A stretch of DNA of 24,600 nucleotides from the NCBI RefSeq assembly GCF_006345805.1, contig NW_021836416.1, positions 1-24,600 of the forward strand, written 5' to 3'. Shown one piece after another: positions 21,840 to 24,600 of this stretch (positions are counted from its first letter, which is position 1; each line of letters starts with the position of its first letter). Source of the DNA: Octopus sinensis. Taxonomy: Eukaryota. The translations under genes were made by a program, and so were the position numbers. The notes under the pieces were generated by a model. That model was not told where the DNA came from. It ran no database searches and worked only from the letters and a program-made list of their open reading frames with translations.

Positions 21840-21990
21840 GGCGCTAGTCGTCCCAAGTTCTCAGTTGCACTTCTTTCAACGACCTTGAAAGGATGAAATG
21901 CAGTCAACATCAGAGGAAATTTAACTTAAAACGCTAAGAAGGGCAAAATTCCGCTAAGCTAGTTTCTGATTCTGCCGCCCCATTGCCTTA
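21840..21990 (-). mobile_element. SINE family C, highly degenerate
   Basis: GACCTTGAAAGGATGAAATGCAGTCAAC...AAATTTAACTT resembles the reverse complement of the family C core. Confidence 0.5.
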
Positions 21991-22328
21991 GATACGCTAA
22001 CAAATTGTGTATAAAGATTGGTCTTAGACGTAACTAATTGTAACAGGGAAGTAATTAAAATAGTTCAATAGAAAATACATATAATTGTGCATAATTCGTT
22101 TTCTTTTAAACGTATCGCAATTATGGCGGTGATTTACCCGTTGTCTTTAACGAAGCGCTGTGCTTATTTCCTTCATCTGGATTCACATTCGTCACATGAA
22201 TGTGTTAATGGTAGAGTATTCCAGAGTTGCATGTACGCTAAGTACAACTTCCAATCCAAAGTATCATTAGAATAACGTTAGAATGTGTGTGTATCGGTGA
22301 ATTAGAGAAAGTTTTCAGAGAAGAATAT

Positions 22329-22461
22329 GCGCAGGAGTGGCTGAGTGGTTCCGGGTTCAGTCCCACTGCGTGGCATCTTGGGCGAGTGTCTTCTGCTACA
22401 GCCCCGGCCGACCAATGCCTTGTGAGTGGATTTGGTAGACGGAAACTGAAAGATGCCTGTC

Positions 22462-22527
<66 letters not shown>

Positions 22528-22753
22528 ATGTGTGTGTGTGTTTGTGTGTCTGTGTTTGTCCCCCTAGCATTGCTTGACAACCGATGCTGGTGTGTTTACG
22601 TCCCCGTCACTTAGCGGTTCGGCAAAAGAGACCGATAGAATAAGTACTGGGCTTACAAAAGAATAAGTCCCAGGGTCGATTTGCTCGACTAAAGGCGGTG
22701 CTCCAGCATGGCCGCAGTCAAATGACTGAAACAAGTAAAAGAGTAAAAAAGAG
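22329..22753 (+). mobile_element. SINE family A, most intact copy
   Basis: Head GCGCAGGAGTGGCTGAGTGGTTCCGGGTTCAGTCCC, internal (TA)n(TG)n at 22463-22542, tail to AAGTAAAAGAGTAAAAAAGAG. Confidence 0.9.
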
Positions 22754-23704
22754 ACAGATATATGTGTAAGTACATAATTATTCATATAGATGTACACAGA
22801 CGGAGAGGTTTACAGTTACAGTAACTACTTCAAGAAGTGTCATGTGTCAATAAAACCCAAAAAAACCCCTCGCTCTGCTTAAAATATTAAGGTTATAAGA
22901 ATAGAATGTGGCACGCCATCAGGAAGTCATGTCGGTATGTTTATCTTAAATAAGTTGACATTGTACCAGCGGGTACATATTTTACCAACCCAGACCATAA
23001 CTTGTCTCTCAGCTTCTGAGAGTTTTTTTTCTCTTTAAGCTACGAAAGATTGGATGCTGAACCATGCCAATGATGACTGGAATCTGAAGAAAAATCTCAT
23101 TTGCAGATTTGCTCATATTTCCATCGTATATTTGCCGCCGTTTCTGTGTTCGCTCTTCCGCTACTCTCCTCTCACATTTCGACATGTACTGTATATTATC
23201 ATTACTGCTGTTTTTCTTGCTTTTTTTTTTTTCAATATTTTCATTCTTTTCTTTGCTTTTGTTCGTTGTTATACCATACACAAACAGACTGCTGCTGGAA
23301 GCATGAAATAGGACACTTAATTACAGCGACAGACCGTCGGCTTTAAGCAACGCTGGTTGCTGTATCGCAATGCGATATCTCAGTCATCAACTCGCAAAAG
23401 CATTTACATATACACGATTAAATGTGCATACATAAATACACACATACACACGCGTAATCATATGCATATTGTATACATCAGTGTATACGCATTCTATTCG
23501 TTTCAGTAGAATGACTATTAGTAATAGCGAGGACAGAATCTGTCTTAATGTTGTTATCTCATTTCATTTACAGAGAGCTCCAGCATGGCTGCAGTCCAGT
23601 GATGAAATGTATGATCAAAAATGTTCGTTTAATTTTGGCAAATGTCTGGTGAGGGGGCGATTCGATTACATCGATTCTAGTGAGTGAACAGCATTAATTT
23701 TGTC

Positions 23705-23829
23705 GAACGTCAGGAGTTGAAAAACCAGGCTGACAACGGCGGAATTTGAACTCATTAAGTGAAGGGCCGGAAGAAATGCAATAAAAAACATTTTGTCCGG
23801 ATTCTTAACAATTCTGCCAACTCACTGCA
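23705..23829 (-). mobile_element. SINE family C 5' part, degenerate
   Basis: CGGCGGAATTTGAACTCA...ACAATTCTGCCAACTCACTGC is the reverse complement of the family C head. Confidence 0.65.
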
Positions 23830-23886
23830 TGATTTCAATATAAAATAACTCGTGCGATTAATTAATGAATTGTAACACGCCTCTAT

Positions 23887-24080
23887 TATAGACGCAAGGC
23901 CTGAAATCTTAGGCGTAGTAGGTTAGTCATTCCGCAGAGTTTGACTGATACATATTTTATCGACCCCTAAATGATGAAATTCGAAATCGATCCCGTCGGA
24001 ATTTGAACTCAGAACATAAGAGGGGACGAAATGTCGCAAAGTATTTTCCCAAACATGCTAAGAATTTTGCGCGCTCTCTA
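23887..24080 (-). mobile_element. SINE family C, degenerate
   Basis: TTTTATCGACCCC...ATGAAA...TCGGAATTTGAACTCAGAAC...GACGAAAT is the reverse complement of family C. Confidence 0.75.
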
Positions 24081-24600
24081 CTTTCACCCATTGTTTGCCA
24101 TGAGCCCCATTTAGAGATCTGCTAAAGGCAGTCTCAGTGCCGGTTGTTCGTTGTATTTAAAGTGAATTGCTTATTTACATTGCATTTGCCGAGGTGATTT
24201 TAACAATATTTACTAGTTAAAGTTTGTCATTATTAGCTCTGACTAATTCTTGAAAAACATTTTATGTCATAAATCACAATTTTTGAACTACAAAAATATT
24301 GATTGTTTTGAAAATGTTTTGCTTTTATGTTTTGCATTTCCCACGTGTATCATTCATTGATATTTCATACTTATTCACAGTTGATACTATAGTTTAAAAA
24401 AAAAAACTAAAATGTTTATTATTGCACTTGGACAGAAATGGATAAATATGCTTCGCTTAGTAAGTAGTTATTAAGGGAGTGACTGTTACTCACTGCAGAA
24501 CAAATAACTTAAGGGCTGAATTCGGGATGCATCTTTAGCATAGTTCAGTTATCTCACATAATGCTTTAAGGTGCGCGTCTGGAAAAAGAGGGAGAAATGG

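Overview
AT-rich eukaryotic genomic DNA, not prokaryotic. It is packed with microsatellites ((TA)n, (TG)n, (GATA)n/(GACA)n, (GA)n, (AAT)n) and interspersed repeats. The repeat families look like those of Octopus / coleoid cephalopods; this is my recognition, not a database result. Content: at least four dispersed retroposon families (A, B and C have tRNA-like heads, D has an (AAT)n tail), a decayed 3' fragment of an RTE-clade LINE (14257-14878), two copies of a TA-flanked Tc1/mariner-type MITE, and short Penelope-like relics. No protein-coding gene can be identified with confidence. Almost all ORFs in the supplied track are microsatellite or SINE read-throughs, and a few splice-bounded open frames are listed only as weak exon candidates. 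The most interesting signal is four minimal type-I hammerhead-ribozyme-like motifs (2452-2489 +, 8478-8514 +, 18825-18866 -, 19253-19290 -). Two of them sit in a ~200-bp repeat that shares a non-canonical CUGU(N)GA core and is found beside (TA)n tracts; one copy is nested inside a family A SINE.
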